The notes: generated from the letters alone by a model not told the origin. Shown: positions 30,234 through 40,615, counted from the first letter of the stretch. The stretch: 64,000 nt of DNA from an uncultured delta proteobacterium (GCA_963823335.1 CAWGLD010000001.1:192001-256000), one strand, 5' to 3'. Made by a program: numbers and translations.

Positions 30234-30419
30234 GCATCCTAGCCCCCCAGCCTTAAAAAGGGTCTGAGGGTTGGAGGGTGATACAAGGGTTCGAGGGTAG
30301 CCAAAAGCTAATGGCTGATGGCAGCATCCTGGCATCCTAGCCCCCAGCCTTAAAAAGGGTCTGAGGGTTGGAGGGTGATACAAGGGTTCGAGGGTAGCCA
30401 AAAGCTAATGGCTGATGGC
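30234..30419 (+). repeat. Tandem duplication of about 89-bp unit containing G-rich octamers
   Basis: 30234-30322 and 30332-30419 differ by one C. Confidence 0.9.
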
Positions 30420-30667
30420 GGCTTCCTAACGCCCCGGCATCCCAGTTCAACCGTCAATAAAAATAAATATCGAATAATGAACAAGGAACAGCAGAATGTT
30501 GAAGGAATGACTTCGATATTCGATATTTCTTGTTCTACATTCTGCGGTTTTAACACAGGTTCCAAAATTAGAAAGACCAAGGTGAAGGGTTGGAAGGTAA
30601 CTCAAAGTAATCATTAAAAGGCACCTAACAGACTACCCCCCTAACCACCTGAAAAGGATCTGAAATA

Positions 30668-31426
30668 ATGAAATACCCCAAAGACTATCTCATCTTTCCC
30701 CTGGATGTCCCCACTGTCCATGAGGCCCGACGCTATGTCTCACTGCTAAAGGATCATGTGGGTATATTCAAGGTCGGTCTGGAGCTCTTTATCAAGACCG
30801 GGCCCGACATTGTGCATGAAATTCGAAAGCGTGCAGCCGAGGCTCGCATCTTTCTGGACCTGAAACTTCACGACATCCCGGAAACCGTTTACCGGGCCAT
30901 GCAGGGCATCGCCTCCCTGGGTGTCACGTATGCCACGGTCCACTGTGGTGAATCCAAAAAAATGCTCGAGGCCGCCGTCAGGGGTGCCGACGGTAGGGTC
31001 CACCTCCTGGGGGTTACCGTGCTGACGAGTGTCGCCGAGGAGGATCTCCGGTCGGCCGGTTACGATGCATCCTTTACCGAGGATGTCACCCGCCTGGTAG
31101 TCAAAAAGGCGGCCATGGCCAGGAGTGCCGGATTTGCAGGCGTGATCTGCTCCGGTCACGAAGCCGGACAGATAAAAGAAACCTGCGGAAAACCCTTTCT
31201 GGCGGTGACGCCGGGCATCAGGCCCGCATGGGATATTCCAGGCGGCGATGATCAGGCGCGTGTCATGACACCTGCCCGGGCCATTCATAACGGATCGGAT
31301 CACCTGGTCATCGGGCGCCCCATCCGGGATAACAAAGACCCGGTCATGGCGGCACGACAGGTTCTTGAGGAAATTGACAAAGCCCTTCAACAAATGGATC
31401 TGAATGGGGTTGGGGTCGCCCATTGA
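30668..31426 (+). CDS. pyrF: Orotidine-5'-phosphate decarboxylase
   Basis: FKVGLEL, FLDLKLHDIPET, VTVLTS, TPGIRP, DDQAR, IGRPI. Confidence 0.97.
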   Translation: MKYPKDYLIFPLDVPTVHEARRYVSLLKDHVGIFKVGLELFIKTGPDIVHEIRKRAAEARIFLDLKLHDIPETVYRAMQGIASLGVTYATVHCGESKKMLEAAVRGADGRVHLLGVTVLTSVAEEDLRSAGYDASFTEDVTRLVVKKAAMARSAGFAGVICSGHEAGQIKETCGKPFLAVTPGIRPAWDIPGGDDQARVMTPARAIHNGSDHLVIGRPIRDNKDPVMAARQVLEEIDKALQQMDLNGVGVAH

Positions 31427-31505
31427 AGAACCTCGCAGCAATCTACGAGGAATGTTCTGCCGTACGGCAGAACCTACGGGGAATGCGCTCACTGTCGCGG
31501 TTCAA
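31423..31505 (+). mobile_element. Mini-element family B, full copy
   Basis: ttgaagaacctcgcagc...gcggttcaa; reverse-complement match at 55474-55555. Confidence 0.65.
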
Positions 31506-31603
31506 GGCAGGACAAAAAAACTCCTGTAGACTGCCAGCCCCAGAAGAATGGCGCCTATCAGGAGTATGAGCAGCAGCTGATCGTTGTTGAAATGATACTT
31601 CAC
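31502..31603 (-). CDS. Small membrane protein (33 aa) downstream of lysC
   Basis: Not in ORF track: GTG start, MKYHFNNDQLLLILLIGAILLGLAVYRSFFVLP. Confidence 0.5.
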   Translation of the reverse strand: MKYHFNNDQLLLILLIGAILLGLAVYRSFFVLP

Positions 31604-31618
31604 GGGAAATAACGCCGG

Positions 31619-32836
31619 CTACTCGGCATCCAGACCGAAGGCCGAATGAAGAACCCGCACGGCGAGTTCGGCGTATTTTTCTTCCACGACGCAGGATATT
31701 CTGATCTCGGATGTACTGATCATAGAGATGTTGATGTTCTCTCTTGCGAGTGTCGTAAACATGATCGATGCCACACCGGAGTGATTTTTCATGCCCACAC
31801 CGATCACCGACACTTTGGCGATGTTTTTATCCCCGAAAACTTTCTCGGCACCGATTTCTTCAGCAACACGTTTCTCGATATCCAGCGCATTGGCATAATC
31901 TCCCATGGGAACGGTAAAGGTCAGGTCGGTCTGACCGCCGGAACGGGTATTTTGAATGATCATATCCACCACGATGCCGGCTTCGGTTATGGGAGAAAAT
32001 ATTTTTGCGGCCACACCGGGCTGATCCGGTACCTTTTTAAGGGTAATACGCGCCTGGTTCTTATCGCTTGTCACACCGGATACCACGAGCTGTTCCATAC
32101 CGGCGTCTTCACTTATCACCATGGTTCCCTCCTCGTCGGAAAAAGATGATCTTACATGAACGGGAATATTGAATTTTTTTGCAAATCCCACGGACCGAAT
32201 CTGAAGTACTTTGGCTCCCAGGCTGGCCATGTTCAGCATTTCATCATATGAGATCTCCTTGAGCTTTCGCGCCTTACTGCAGATGTTCGGGTCGGCCGTA
32301 TAAATGCCGTCCACGTCGGTATAGATTTCACAGACATCAGCCTTCAGGGCGGCTGCTATGGCCACTGCAGACGTATCAGATCCACCACGCCCGAGTGTGG
32401 TGATGTTCCCCCTTGTGTCATGACCCTGAAACCCGGCAATCACAACGATCTCCCTTTTTTTCAGTAGCGCCTTGATGCGTTCCCCACCGATCTCAATGAT
32501 ACGTGCATTACCAAATTCACAATCGGTCACCACATCTGCCTGATAACCCATCAGGGATACCGCGGGATAGTTCATGGATCTCAGCATCATGGCAAGCAAC
32601 GCCGCCGTTGTCTGCTCTCCGGTAGCCAGAAGCACATCCATCTCCCGTCTGTCAGGGTTTTCGGTAACTTCATTGGCCAGGTTGATCAGTTTATCGGTTA
32701 CACCTGCCATGGCGGACAGAATGACCACCACGTTATCCCCCTGGTCATAGGTCTTGATCACCCTTTTGGCAACCTGCTGAATTCTCTCCAAATCAGCCAC
32801 GGATGTACCACCGTATTTTTGAACAATAATTCCCAT
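31619..32836 (-). CDS. lysC: Aspartate kinase
   Basis: VQKYGGTSV, TLGRGGSDTSA, YTDVDG, two ACT domains, STSEI. Confidence 0.97.
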   Translation of the reverse strand: MGIIVQKYGGTSVADLERIQQVAKRVIKTYDQGDNVVVILSAMAGVTDKLINLANEVTENPDRREMDVLLATGEQTTAALLAMMLRSMNYPAVSLMGYQADVVTDCEFGNARIIEIGGERIKALLKKREIVVIAGFQGHDTRGNITTLGRGGSDTSAVAIAAALKADVCEIYTDVDGIYTADPNICSKARKLKEISYDEMLNMASLGAKVLQIRSVGFAKKFNIPVHVRSSFSDEEGTMVISEDAGMEQLVVSGVTSDKNQARITLKKVPDQPGVAAKIFSPITEAGIVVDMIIQNTRSGGQTDLTFTVPMGDYANALDIEKRVAEEIGAEKVFGDKNIAKVSVIGVGMKNHSGVASIMFTTLARENINISMISTSEIRISCVVEEKYAELAVRVLHSAFGLDAE

Positions 32837-32848
32837 AGTAAATCCTTA

Positions 32849-32888
32849 ATAATATCGTGTTACGATTTTATATAACGCGACGTTGTCG
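32849..32888 (-). promoter_or_regulatory. 40-bp bipartite palindromic motif before lysC
   Basis: ataatatcg-N5-cgattttat-N6-cgac-N3-gtcg. Confidence 0.6.
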
Positions 32889-32894
32889 TTCAAC

Positions 32895-33359
32895 TTAGAT
32901 TTCAAGCTCTCTTACCAGATCCATCCCCATCTGTCCACAACCTGTTAAGGTGATAATCCGTATGTCATCTTCCTCGATATCGAAACGAATGACCATGTCT
33001 TCCACCAGGTCCCCTTCACATAGCCTTTCGGCCCACTCGACGGCAACGACACCATGGGCGTCCATGGTGTCCAACAATCCCGTGCTTTCGATATCCATGG
33101 CACTGGAAAGCCGATAGAGGTCTGCATGAAACAGGGGTACCCTGCCCGGGTATTCGTTGATAAGTGTGTAGGAAGGGCTGGTAATCACAAACCCTTTTGG
33201 AACAGCGATACCCCTGGCGAGTCCCTGCACGAATACCGTCTTTCCACTCCCGAGATCACCTATCAGAGCAATGATCAAACGGCCTGTCGCTGCCCGACCG
33301 ACAGTCCGGCCCAAGTTGAACGTGTCTTGCGGGGACCGGGATGTCACCTGACGCTGCAT
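32895..33359 (-). CDS. tsaE: tRNA t6A biosynthesis ATPase TsaE
   Basis: GDLGSGKT, TSPSYTL, HADLYRL, VEW. Confidence 0.95.
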   Translation of the reverse strand: MQRQVTSRSPQDTFNLGRTVGRAATGRLIIALIGDLGSGKTVFVQGLARGIAVPKGFVITSPSYTLINEYPGRVPLFHADLYRLSSAMDIESTGLLDTMDAHGVVAVEWAERLCEGDLVEDMVIRFDIEEDDIRIITLTGCGQMGMDLVRELEI

Positions 33360-33393
33360 TTTTTTGATACCTCCTTGTGTTATTGAGAGGATC

Positions 33394-33508
33394 TGGTGTT
33401 TGGTGTTTGGTATTTGGTGTTTGGTGTCTATTGTTTATGGGCCTAACAGCTTGGTCTACCGGTATAGACTTTAAACAGAGACACCCACTAAACACAAAAT
33501 ACAACACA
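33394..33508. repeat. Heptamer tract (TGGTGTT)x5 with degenerate inverted partner
   Basis: tggtgtttggtatttggtgtttggtgtct...agacacccactaaacacaaaatacaacaca. Confidence 0.7.
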
Positions 33509-35059
33509 CTAGTTTAACAGTTTATTGATCTGATGGGGAAGCTGATTCATGAGGTCTGTGGCCAGGTACCCGAAAGGTCCTTTATGAACAGACAGATGGT
33601 CTGCGGCAGCCCCGTGAAGAAAAACACCCAGATGAACTGCATCCTCCGGTGTATATCCCTGAGCCACAAACCCGGCGATCACACCGGTCAGGACATCACC
33701 CATCCCGCCCGATGCCATTCCGGGGTTTCCCGTAAGGTTGACATACACCCGGCCATCCGGATGGGCCATGACGGTCCTGGCGCCCTTGAGAACGACATGG
33801 ACATGATACGATGTCGCCAGATGACGTGCCCGGCCGATACGGTCTGTCTGGACTGCAGCCGACGAAATCCCGCACAATCTGCCCATTTCCCCGGGATGCG
33901 GCGTCAGAATCACGGGTGTGTTCACAGCGTGGAGTATCTCGGGTTGCTCCGAGAGTATGTTGAGGCCATCGGCATCAATGACCACGGGAATGACGATCTC
34001 CTTCAGGAGTCGAAACAAAAGTTGTTTTGTTTCTTCCGCCGTACCAATACCGGGACCGATAGCGAGACAGCTCTTTCCGATCAGCAGTTCCCGAAGAGCA
34101 CCCATGGCAGATGTGTCCAGCATGTGGTCGGTGGTCTCCGGCAACGCATAGGTCATGACTTCCATTACCTGGGATTCGAGCACCGGGTTCAAACTTCCGG
34201 GAGCCCCCAGGGTAACAAGACCGGCGCCGGCCCGCATGGCAGCCGTTGCCATCATAGCGGCGGCACCCGATTTCCCTGGAGATCCGGCAACCGCAAGCAG
34301 GTGTCCGGTCCGGCCTTTGTGCGTATCGGGATCCCTCTCCTGAAGCACTCCCCTGAGAAACGCTTCTTCCAGAATGAACTGCTGTGGAAGAACATTGTCT
34401 GCAACCTGTCCTGGAATACCGATATCGATGATGTCGAGTTTACCTGTGTAGGCCGCCCCGGGGTAAACAACGTGACCGATCTTGGGAAAGGCAAATGTGG
34501 CCGTCGCCTGCGCCTGTACACAGACACCACAGACCTGTCCAGTGTCGGCATTCAGACCGGAAGGGATGTCCACGGCTAAGACAGGCTTTCTGATGGTATT
34601 CAGGAACAGGATCATTGCTTTGTAATGACCCTTGACATCCGATTTAAGCCCGGTGCCGAGGATGCCATCCACCCACACATCATGCCGACGCATGGCGGCT
34701 TTCTGCTTCTTGAAGGCTCCGGCGTCAGGAACTTCCACCACAGGAATACCCAGGATATCCAGAAGATTCAGATTTGCCCTGGCATCCCCCTGAACACTGC
34801 CTTTTTCACAAAGAAGATAGACCTTCACGGAAATACCCTTTTGGGACAGGTATCGCGCCATAACAAAGCCGTCTCCGCCATTGTTCCCTCTTCCAGCGAC
34901 GACAGCGACGGATTTTCCCTCCAGTGCGGGAAACACCCGGCACATGAATCTGAAGGCACCCGCTCCGGCATTCTCCATCAGAACCCTCCCGGGAATACCG
35001 ATGTTGCCAATGGTCTCCTTATCCATCTGCTGCATTTCCTTGGCGGTGACAAGGTACAT
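33509..35059 (-). CDS. nnr: NAD(P)H-hydrate epimerase/dehydratase
   Basis: LMENAG, GNNGGDG, DIPSG, HKG, GPG, DADGL, TPHPGEM, GGMGDVLTG. Confidence 0.96.
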   Translation of the reverse strand: MYLVTAKEMQQMDKETIGNIGIPGRVLMENAGAGAFRFMCRVFPALEGKSVAVVAGRGNNGGDGFVMARYLSQKGISVKVYLLCEKGSVQGDARANLNLLDILGIPVVEVPDAGAFKKQKAAMRRHDVWVDGILGTGLKSDVKGHYKAMILFLNTIRKPVLAVDIPSGLNADTGQVCGVCVQAQATATFAFPKIGHVVYPGAAYTGKLDIIDIGIPGQVADNVLPQQFILEEAFLRGVLQERDPDTHKGRTGHLLAVAGSPGKSGAAAMMATAAMRAGAGLVTLGAPGSLNPVLESQVMEVMTYALPETTDHMLDTSAMGALRELLIGKSCLAIGPGIGTAEETKQLLFRLLKEIVIPVVIDADGLNILSEQPEILHAVNTPVILTPHPGEMGRLCGISSAAVQTDRIGRARHLATSYHVHVVLKGARTVMAHPDGRVYVNLTGNPGMASGGMGDVLTGVIAGFVAQGYTPEDAVHLGVFLHGAAADHLSVHKGPFGYLATDLMNQLPHQINKLLN

Positions 35060-35094
35060 GGTACCTCCTTCCTATCCCGTTATTTTATACAATA

Positions 35095-35261
35095 CCCAAC
35101 CCGGATAAACCGGAAAAGAAAAAGATCGTTTATCACGAAACCACGAAAGTACGAAACCACGAAAAAGACCATGTAAATTTTCATGTTTTTCAATTTTCGT
35201 GTTTTCGTAATTTCTTATTTTTTTCCACAAAATACACAAATTTTACAGTTAAGAGACTAGA
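35095..35261. repeat. MITE-like remnant with CACGAAA repeats and inverted partner
   Basis: aacccggataaaccggaa...cacgaaaccacgaaagtacgaaaccacgaaa...ttttcgtgttttcgtaat...ctag; similar end at 4913 (aacccggacaaacc). Confidence 0.5.
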
Positions 35262-35291
35262 AGCCATCTCAAATAACGGGGGATATGTTTG

Positions 35292-35741
35292 CTATTGCCG
35301 CTTCAGTGACCCAATCTTCTCCAAGAGTTCACAACTCTTGGATTCCATCCGTATAGCTTCCGTCTCAGACATTTCGTGGTCATATCCAAACAGATGCAGA
35401 ATACCATGAATCAATAGCTCATCCAGACGCTCCTTCATGGAGACCCCTGCTGCCAGGCCTTCTTTCTCGGCTGTTTCCAGGGAGATGACAACATCCCCCA
35501 GCAGGTCCGGATTGATTTCGGCAAACACCCCTTCTCGCATGGGAAACGCGATAACATTGGTAGGTCCTTCCCTTTGAAGATAGTTCTTGTTCAGAACACC
35601 GATTTGTGAATCATCGAGTAGAAGGATGGAAAGTTCGCCATCAGGACTGCCCAAGGCGTCTAAGATGACCTGCGCTTTTTCTTTCAGCGTTTTTTGCGCT
35701 ATTTTGTATTTGTCTTGCCTGTTTTCTATCAGTACTCCCAT
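35292..35741 (-). CDS. ybeY: rRNA maturation endoribonuclease YbeY
   Basis: TNVIAF, LGDVVIS, HGILHLFGYDH. Confidence 0.95.
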   Translation of the reverse strand: MGVLIENRQDKYKIAQKTLKEKAQVILDALGSPDGELSILLLDDSQIGVLNKNYLQREGPTNVIAFPMREGVFAEINPDLLGDVVISLETAEKEGLAAGVSMKERLDELLIHGILHLFGYDHEMSETEAIRMESKSCELLEKIGSLKRQ

Positions 35742-38082
35742 TTTTTCCGTTCCCTCCGGTCAAAAGGGCTGTTTCAGGATATTCGATGCGGTGGTGATGG
35801 ATCCCGGTCAGTATTTTATTGAAGCTACGGGCGATATTGTGCAGATCCCTCAGGGTCAACTCACAATTGTCCAATTGGCCATCTGAGAAAATTTTGTTAA
35901 TCAGTTCCTGTACCAGCCTTCGGACACGTGACGATGTCGGGTTTTCCAGGGTTCGGGATGCCGCCTCCAGTACATCGGCCAACATGACCAATCCAGCTTC
36001 CCTGGTCTGGGGTATGGGACCCGGATACCTGAAATCATCTATCTTAACGGCATGTTCTCCCTTTTGTTTTTTGGCTTTATCATAAAAATACCGAATCAGG
36101 CTGGTACCATGATGCTGCTCGATGGTATCGATGATGGCCTGACCCAGCTTGTTTTCACGACCCATTTCCATACCATCCTTGACATGCGCGATGAGGATCA
36201 GACTTGACATGGATGGGGCCAGCTTGTCATGCCGGTTGATACCATCTTCTTGATTTTCAATAAAATAGAGCGGTTTTTTGATCTTGCCGATATCATGGTA
36301 GTATCCACACGCTTTTGCCAACAAAGGATTTGCTCCGATTTCAGATGCGGCGGCCTCCACCATGGTACCCACCACCATGGAGTGGTGGTAGGTTCCCGGT
36401 ACTTCAATCATGAGACGCTTCAGAATGGGTCGATCAAGATTGGCCAACTCCAGCAAGGTGATATCGGTGGTATATCCAAAGGTCAGTTCGATCAGCGGCG
36501 AAAGACCCGATGTGACAATACCGGTACCCACGCCTCCGGCAAACGCAAAAACAGCACCCCACACAATGTTCATCAAGGACAGGTTTCCAGAATAGATCTC
36601 TGCCGCGACAACAAGCAGCATGCTCAACAGGCCCAGCTTCAAACCGGCCTTGATAAACACCTTCCGTTCCCTGCAATTCTGGATCCAATAGGCTGCCATG
36701 GCGCCATTCAAAAGCAGATAAATCAGAATTTCAAAATGGATATGATAAACAATCGCCGTGCAAATGGCCATGAGGACGGCAAATGGGATAGCGATCTGCA
36801 TTCCGAAAAAAAGACAGATTGTCATGGCTCCGGCACCAATGGGAATTCCGTAAAACAGTGTGGTCTCGTTGATGGACAGAGCCGCTCCCAGTGCCAGTGA
36901 TTCAGAAAAGATCGCCGCGGCTTTCGCAATCCCCATAAAAAAGATAAAGACACAGGTGATGCAGAGAAGGTTCCGGTTATAACTGCCCGGCAGTTTCTTC
37001 AGCTCTGACAGATAGAGAAGATGCGTAACAATAAAAAGTGCGATGATCACCATTGCCGCACCCAGACTCTTTGCAAAAACACCCTCGTCCTTGAACTGAG
37101 ACTCGAGCGCTTTCAGTTTGAGAAGCTGCAACTCCGTGACCCTTTCACCTTCACGCAGCAACATCTCGCCGGTCTTGATCTTGTAAAAAATCGGTTTTAT
37201 CTCTGAGGCGGCCTGCTTTTTCCGATCTTCCGTTTCACTCTTGTTGAGGGTAATGTTGGGGCGTATCAGGCTCTGAACCACATCTACGATCAAATTTCTC
37301 AGATTATAATTTAGCTCCTTGAGAAGCGGCTGCCCGATAACCCGCACCATCACCTTGGATTGATCCAGGCCGTAAAACTGACGCAGGTTGATGACGGTTG
37401 TTTCGGTTTTTTCCTGGATCCGCCTGAGGGTGATCCCTTTTTCAGATTCCCGCAGAAAAATTTCCTTGTTGGCCACAACACCGTTATCAAGAACTTCTGA
37501 CAGAATTTTGATGATATAAAGAGCGATGTCACTTGAAAAGCCCTCTTTTTCGAGTATGGTGAAAGCACCGCTATTCAAAGGTATGCCAAGTTTTTTCTCG
37601 AACTCGGGCTTCTTTTCCCACAATGCTTTTCTGATCTGTTCGGCCTTTTCCGTCTCGCTCCGAAGCTGATCCTCTTCTGTTTGCGGCAGGGATATTCCGG
37701 GAGGGTCCTCTGGAGAAAGAGCATCCGGAACTGCCGGCAGGCTTTCCTGAATCGTCACCTGCATGGTCTCGAAAGCATCGTTGACCTGGCGGGCCAATTC
37801 CTCGGCAAGGGTCATGGCGTGATCGTAAACGGTCCGCACCGATTCCACTGCCGTCTGCATATTACGTTCGGTGGCAGCTCTTTCTTCAAACAAGAAATCC
37901 TTGGGCGCCTTGACATCCTTATCCACAACATCACCCAGCACGTAGGCATGCTGTTTCACGATCAGACTCGGGTAGAGACTCACCGTGACCGTCAGGGTAA
38001 TCACCCCCAGTAACAGCCATTTGAGATATTTTTCCAGACTGTGGTATTTTTCCAGATTTACGTTGCGTTTCTCCTGCTTCAT
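35641..38082 (-). CDS. pgpH: 7TM-HD phosphohydrolase (PgpH-like c-di-AMP phosphodiesterase)
   Basis: Large extracellular domain, 7 TM, PGTYHHS, YYHDIGK, FIENQ, QHHGT, LAD..EAA; phoH-HD-ybeY synteny. Confidence 0.82.
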   Translation of the reverse strand: MKQEKRNVNLEKYHSLEKYLKWLLLGVITLTVTVSLYPSLIVKQHAYVLGDVVDKDVKAPKDFLFEERAATERNMQTAVESVRTVYDHAMTLAEELARQVNDAFETMQVTIQESLPAVPDALSPEDPPGISLPQTEEDQLRSETEKAEQIRKALWEKKPEFEKKLGIPLNSGAFTILEKEGFSSDIALYIIKILSEVLDNGVVANKEIFLRESEKGITLRRIQEKTETTVINLRQFYGLDQSKVMVRVIGQPLLKELNYNLRNLIVDVVQSLIRPNITLNKSETEDRKKQAASEIKPIFYKIKTGEMLLREGERVTELQLLKLKALESQFKDEGVFAKSLGAAMVIIALFIVTHLLYLSELKKLPGSYNRNLLCITCVFIFFMGIAKAAAIFSESLALGAALSINETTLFYGIPIGAGAMTICLFFGMQIAIPFAVLMAICTAIVYHIHFEILIYLLLNGAMAAYWIQNCRERKVFIKAGLKLGLLSMLLVVAAEIYSGNLSLMNIVWGAVFAFAGGVGTGIVTSGLSPLIELTFGYTTDITLLELANLDRPILKRLMIEVPGTYHHSMVVGTMVEAAASEIGANPLLAKACGYYHDIGKIKKPLYFIENQEDGINRHDKLAPSMSSLILIAHVKDGMEMGRENKLGQAIIDTIEQHHGTSLIRYFYDKAKKQKGEHAVKIDDFRYPGPIPQTREAGLVMLADVLEAASRTLENPTSSRVRRLVQELINKIFSDGQLDNCELTLRDLHNIARSFNKILTGIHHHRIEYPETALLTGGNGKNGSTDRKQARQIQNSAKNAERKSAGHLRRLGQS

Positions 38083-39065
38083 GCGGTCCTTTGCTTTTCT
38101 TTTTCCAGTTCTTCATAGGCCATGATAATATCCTGAACCAGCTTATGCCGGACCACATCCGTTTTGCTGAAGAATGCAAATCGAATCCCCTTGATATTGC
38201 CCAGAATATTTTTGGTCTCGATCAATCCGGATGGTTTGTTGGACGGAAGATCGATCTGTGTAATATCGCCGGTGATCACGGCCTTGGAACTGAAACCGAT
38301 ACGCGTCAGAAACATTTTCATCTGTTCAGAGGTGGTGTTCTGGGCCTCGTCCAGAATAACGAACGAATCGTTTAATGTTCTCCCTCTCATGAAGGCTATG
38401 GGTGCGACTTCGATAATGCCCCTTTGCAGAAGACTCGAAACCTTTTCAAACCGCATCATGTCATGCAGCGCATCATACAGCGGTCTTAGATAGGGATCCA
38501 CCTTTTCCGACAGGTCACCCGGGAGAAAGCCAAGCGCCTCCCCTGCTTCCACGGCAGGTCGTGTCAGAATGATCCGGTTGACAATTCCCTTGGACAGAGC
38601 GGAGACGGCCATGGCCATGGCCAGATATGTTTTGCCGGTTCCTGCAGGACCGATACCGAAAACGATATCATTGTTCCGGATGGCATCGATGTATTCTTTT
38701 TGCGCCCGGCTTTTCGGCGTAATGGCACGGTCTTTAGACGTCACATACACCGTATCCAGAAAGATGGACCTTAGATCGGCCGTGTCATCTTCAGTCAACA
38801 CCCTTATGGCATAGTCCACATCGTTCTCATAGATAGGGTAGCCTTCCTTCAGCAACTGATACAACTGATCCAGAATCTTCTTACCCAGGATTGCAACGAT
38901 GGCGTCTCCCTGGATGTGCACGGTATTGCCCCTTGCATGAATCTTGACATCCAGGGCGCTGGCGATTCTCTTTAAATTGTCGTTGTGTTCACCAAAAAGA
39001 TGCCTGACCAGATCCACATCCGGGTAGGTTGCCCTTTCCTGGTGATTTTCATCGTTCTTCTGCAT
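38079..39065 (-). CDS. phoH: PhoH-family ATPase (YbeZ-like)
   Basis: GPAGTGKTYLA, TRPAVEAGE, GFLPG, MRGRTL, DEAQN. Confidence 0.96.
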   Translation of the reverse strand: MQKNDENHQERATYPDVDLVRHLFGEHNDNLKRIASALDVKIHARGNTVHIQGDAIVAILGKKILDQLYQLLKEGYPIYENDVDYAIRVLTEDDTADLRSIFLDTVYVTSKDRAITPKSRAQKEYIDAIRNNDIVFGIGPAGTGKTYLAMAMAVSALSKGIVNRIILTRPAVEAGEALGFLPGDLSEKVDPYLRPLYDALHDMMRFEKVSSLLQRGIIEVAPIAFMRGRTLNDSFVILDEAQNTTSEQMKMFLTRIGFSSKAVITGDITQIDLPSNKPSGLIETKNILGNIKGIRFAFFSKTDVVRHKLVQDIIMAYEELEKEKQRTA

Positions 39066-39089
39066 AAATGCCCTTGCCCTGTTACCAAA

Positions 39090-39129
39090 ATAAAATCAGC
39101 TTACGATTTTATCAAACGCGACGATGTCG
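39090..39129 (-). promoter_or_regulatory. 40-bp bipartite palindromic motif before phoH
   Basis: ataaaatca-N5-cgattttat-N6-cgac-N3-gtcg. Confidence 0.6.
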
Positions 39130-39289
39130 CTATTTTGCGAAAAGTTAAATTCTTTTCTTAACATATACGCTCAGACCAATGCAAATCACAAATTTGCCTG
39201 AGGTCCAAATGAAAAATACCTTGACGAAGGGAGCCTGTCTTTGTTAATTTACTTTTTTAATTATTTATCTAAAAATAAATTCGTGCCGT

Positions 39290-39814
39290 ATGAATTCATT
39301 CGACATTCTTGTCAGTATCATTTTTGGTTTTTGCCTGATCAGGGGTATCTTTCGGGGTCTTGTAAAGGAAGTCTCCTCGATTATCGGCGTAATTGCTGGA
39401 TATTATGCCGCCTACTCATATTACTCCTATGTGGCCAAGTTTTTATCCCAGTGGATTTCCGTTGTCGCCTACAGCAGGATGATCGGATTTCTGGTTATTT
39501 TTGTCGGGGTTTTTCTGATCATCAGCATTCTTGGTGTCATCATTAAATACCTGATGAGTATTGCCTTTCTGGGCTGGGCCGATCGAATCAGCGGCGGTAT
39601 TTTTGGTTTAATCAAGGGACTGCTCATCGTATCCGTGCTGTTTATCGTTTTCACCACCTTTCTTTCAAAAAACGCCTCGATTGTCCAAGATTCCATTCTG
39701 GCACCTCCTCTGTCCCATATATCAACACAAATGGCCAAGATCATGAAAAAAGACATGAAGCACGAATTTACTGAAAAAGTCGAAGGCTTAAAAAAGGCTT
39801 GGAAGAAACCCTGA
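39290..39814 (+). CDS. cvpA: CvpA-family membrane protein
   Basis: MNSFD..RGIFRGLVKE, DRISGGIFG. Confidence 0.9.
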   Translation: MNSFDILVSIIFGFCLIRGIFRGLVKEVSSIIGVIAGYYAAYSYYSYVAKFLSQWISVVAYSRMIGFLVIFVGVFLIISILGVIIKYLMSIAFLGWADRISGGIFGLIKGLLIVSVLFIVFTTFLSKNASIVQDSILAPPLSHISTQMAKIMKKDMKHEFTEKVEGLKKAWKKP

Positions 39815-40611
39815 ACCATACCTCCCCTCCTTTTAAAGAAATCATCGACCTGATTGAAACCCTCAGGGGTGAAAACGGATGCCCCTGGGACCGGAAGCAG
39901 ACCCCTCTGTCCATGACCCGCTATCTTGTGGAAGAGGCTTTCGAACTCATGGACGCAGTCCACTCGGAGAATGTCGAGGACATCTGTGAAGAACTCGGAG
40001 ACGTTCTTTTTCTGGTGCTCTTCATCGCGATCCAGTTTCAATCCTCGGGTCAATTCAACATAAAAACCCTGACCCAGCGCAATCTGGATAAAATGACCCG
40101 TCGGCACCCGCATGTTTTTGCTGAAGAAACAGCCCATACGCCCGAGAAGGTACGGGAACGCTGGCATGAGATCAAACGCCAGGAAAAATCATCCCAGCAG
40201 GATCACACCGTACTGGGAACCGTACCCAAAAGTCTCCCGGCACTCATGCGGGCCCATAGGATATCGGAAAGGGCAGCCCATACCGGGTTTGACTGGGACA
40301 ACATCGAGGGTGTCATGATAAAAGCGCAAGAGGAATGGGAGGAATTGAAACAGGAGCTGAAAAAGGATCCAGAAGACGCCGGCAACCGCGAAGCGCTGGA
40401 ACTTGAAATCGGGGATGTCCTGTTTACCCTCGTCAATGTAGCAAGATTTGCGGGCATCCATCCTGAAACAGCCCTGGCAGCATCGACCCGAAAATTTGAA
40501 ACCCGATTCAACAGCATGGAGAAACTGGCCAAAAGCCGTCAAACCCTTTTCGAGAAACTCTCTTATAGCGACAAGCACCGCTTGTGGGATGAGGTGAAGA
40601 GGGGGGAGTAA
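39799..40611 (+). CDS. mazG: Nucleoside triphosphate pyrophosphohydrolase MazG
   Basis: GCPWDRKQT, EELGD, RRHPHVF, GFDW, EIGD. Confidence 0.95.
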   Translation: MEETLNHTSPPFKEIIDLIETLRGENGCPWDRKQTPLSMTRYLVEEAFELMDAVHSENVEDICEELGDVLFLVLFIAIQFQSSGQFNIKTLTQRNLDKMTRRHPHVFAEETAHTPEKVRERWHEIKRQEKSSQQDHTVLGTVPKSLPALMRAHRISERAAHTGFDWDNIEGVMIKAQEEWEELKQELKKDPEDAGNREALELEIGDVLFTLVNVARFAGIHPETALAASTRKFETRFNSMEKLAKSRQTLFEKLSYSDKHRLWDEVKRGE

Positions 40612-40615
40612 ATGA

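Noticed and set aside
30234-30419. Possible CRISPR array
   Set aside because: Only two long units, no unique spacers, no cas genes.
32837-32894. Lysine riboswitch before lysC
   Set aside because: Gap is only 58 bp, too short, and is occupied by the 40-bp motif.
35641-35741. 101-bp overlap of pgpH and ybeY as a frameshift or error
   Set aside because: Both ORFs are complete with intact motifs; the overlap is a non-conserved-looking C-terminal tail.
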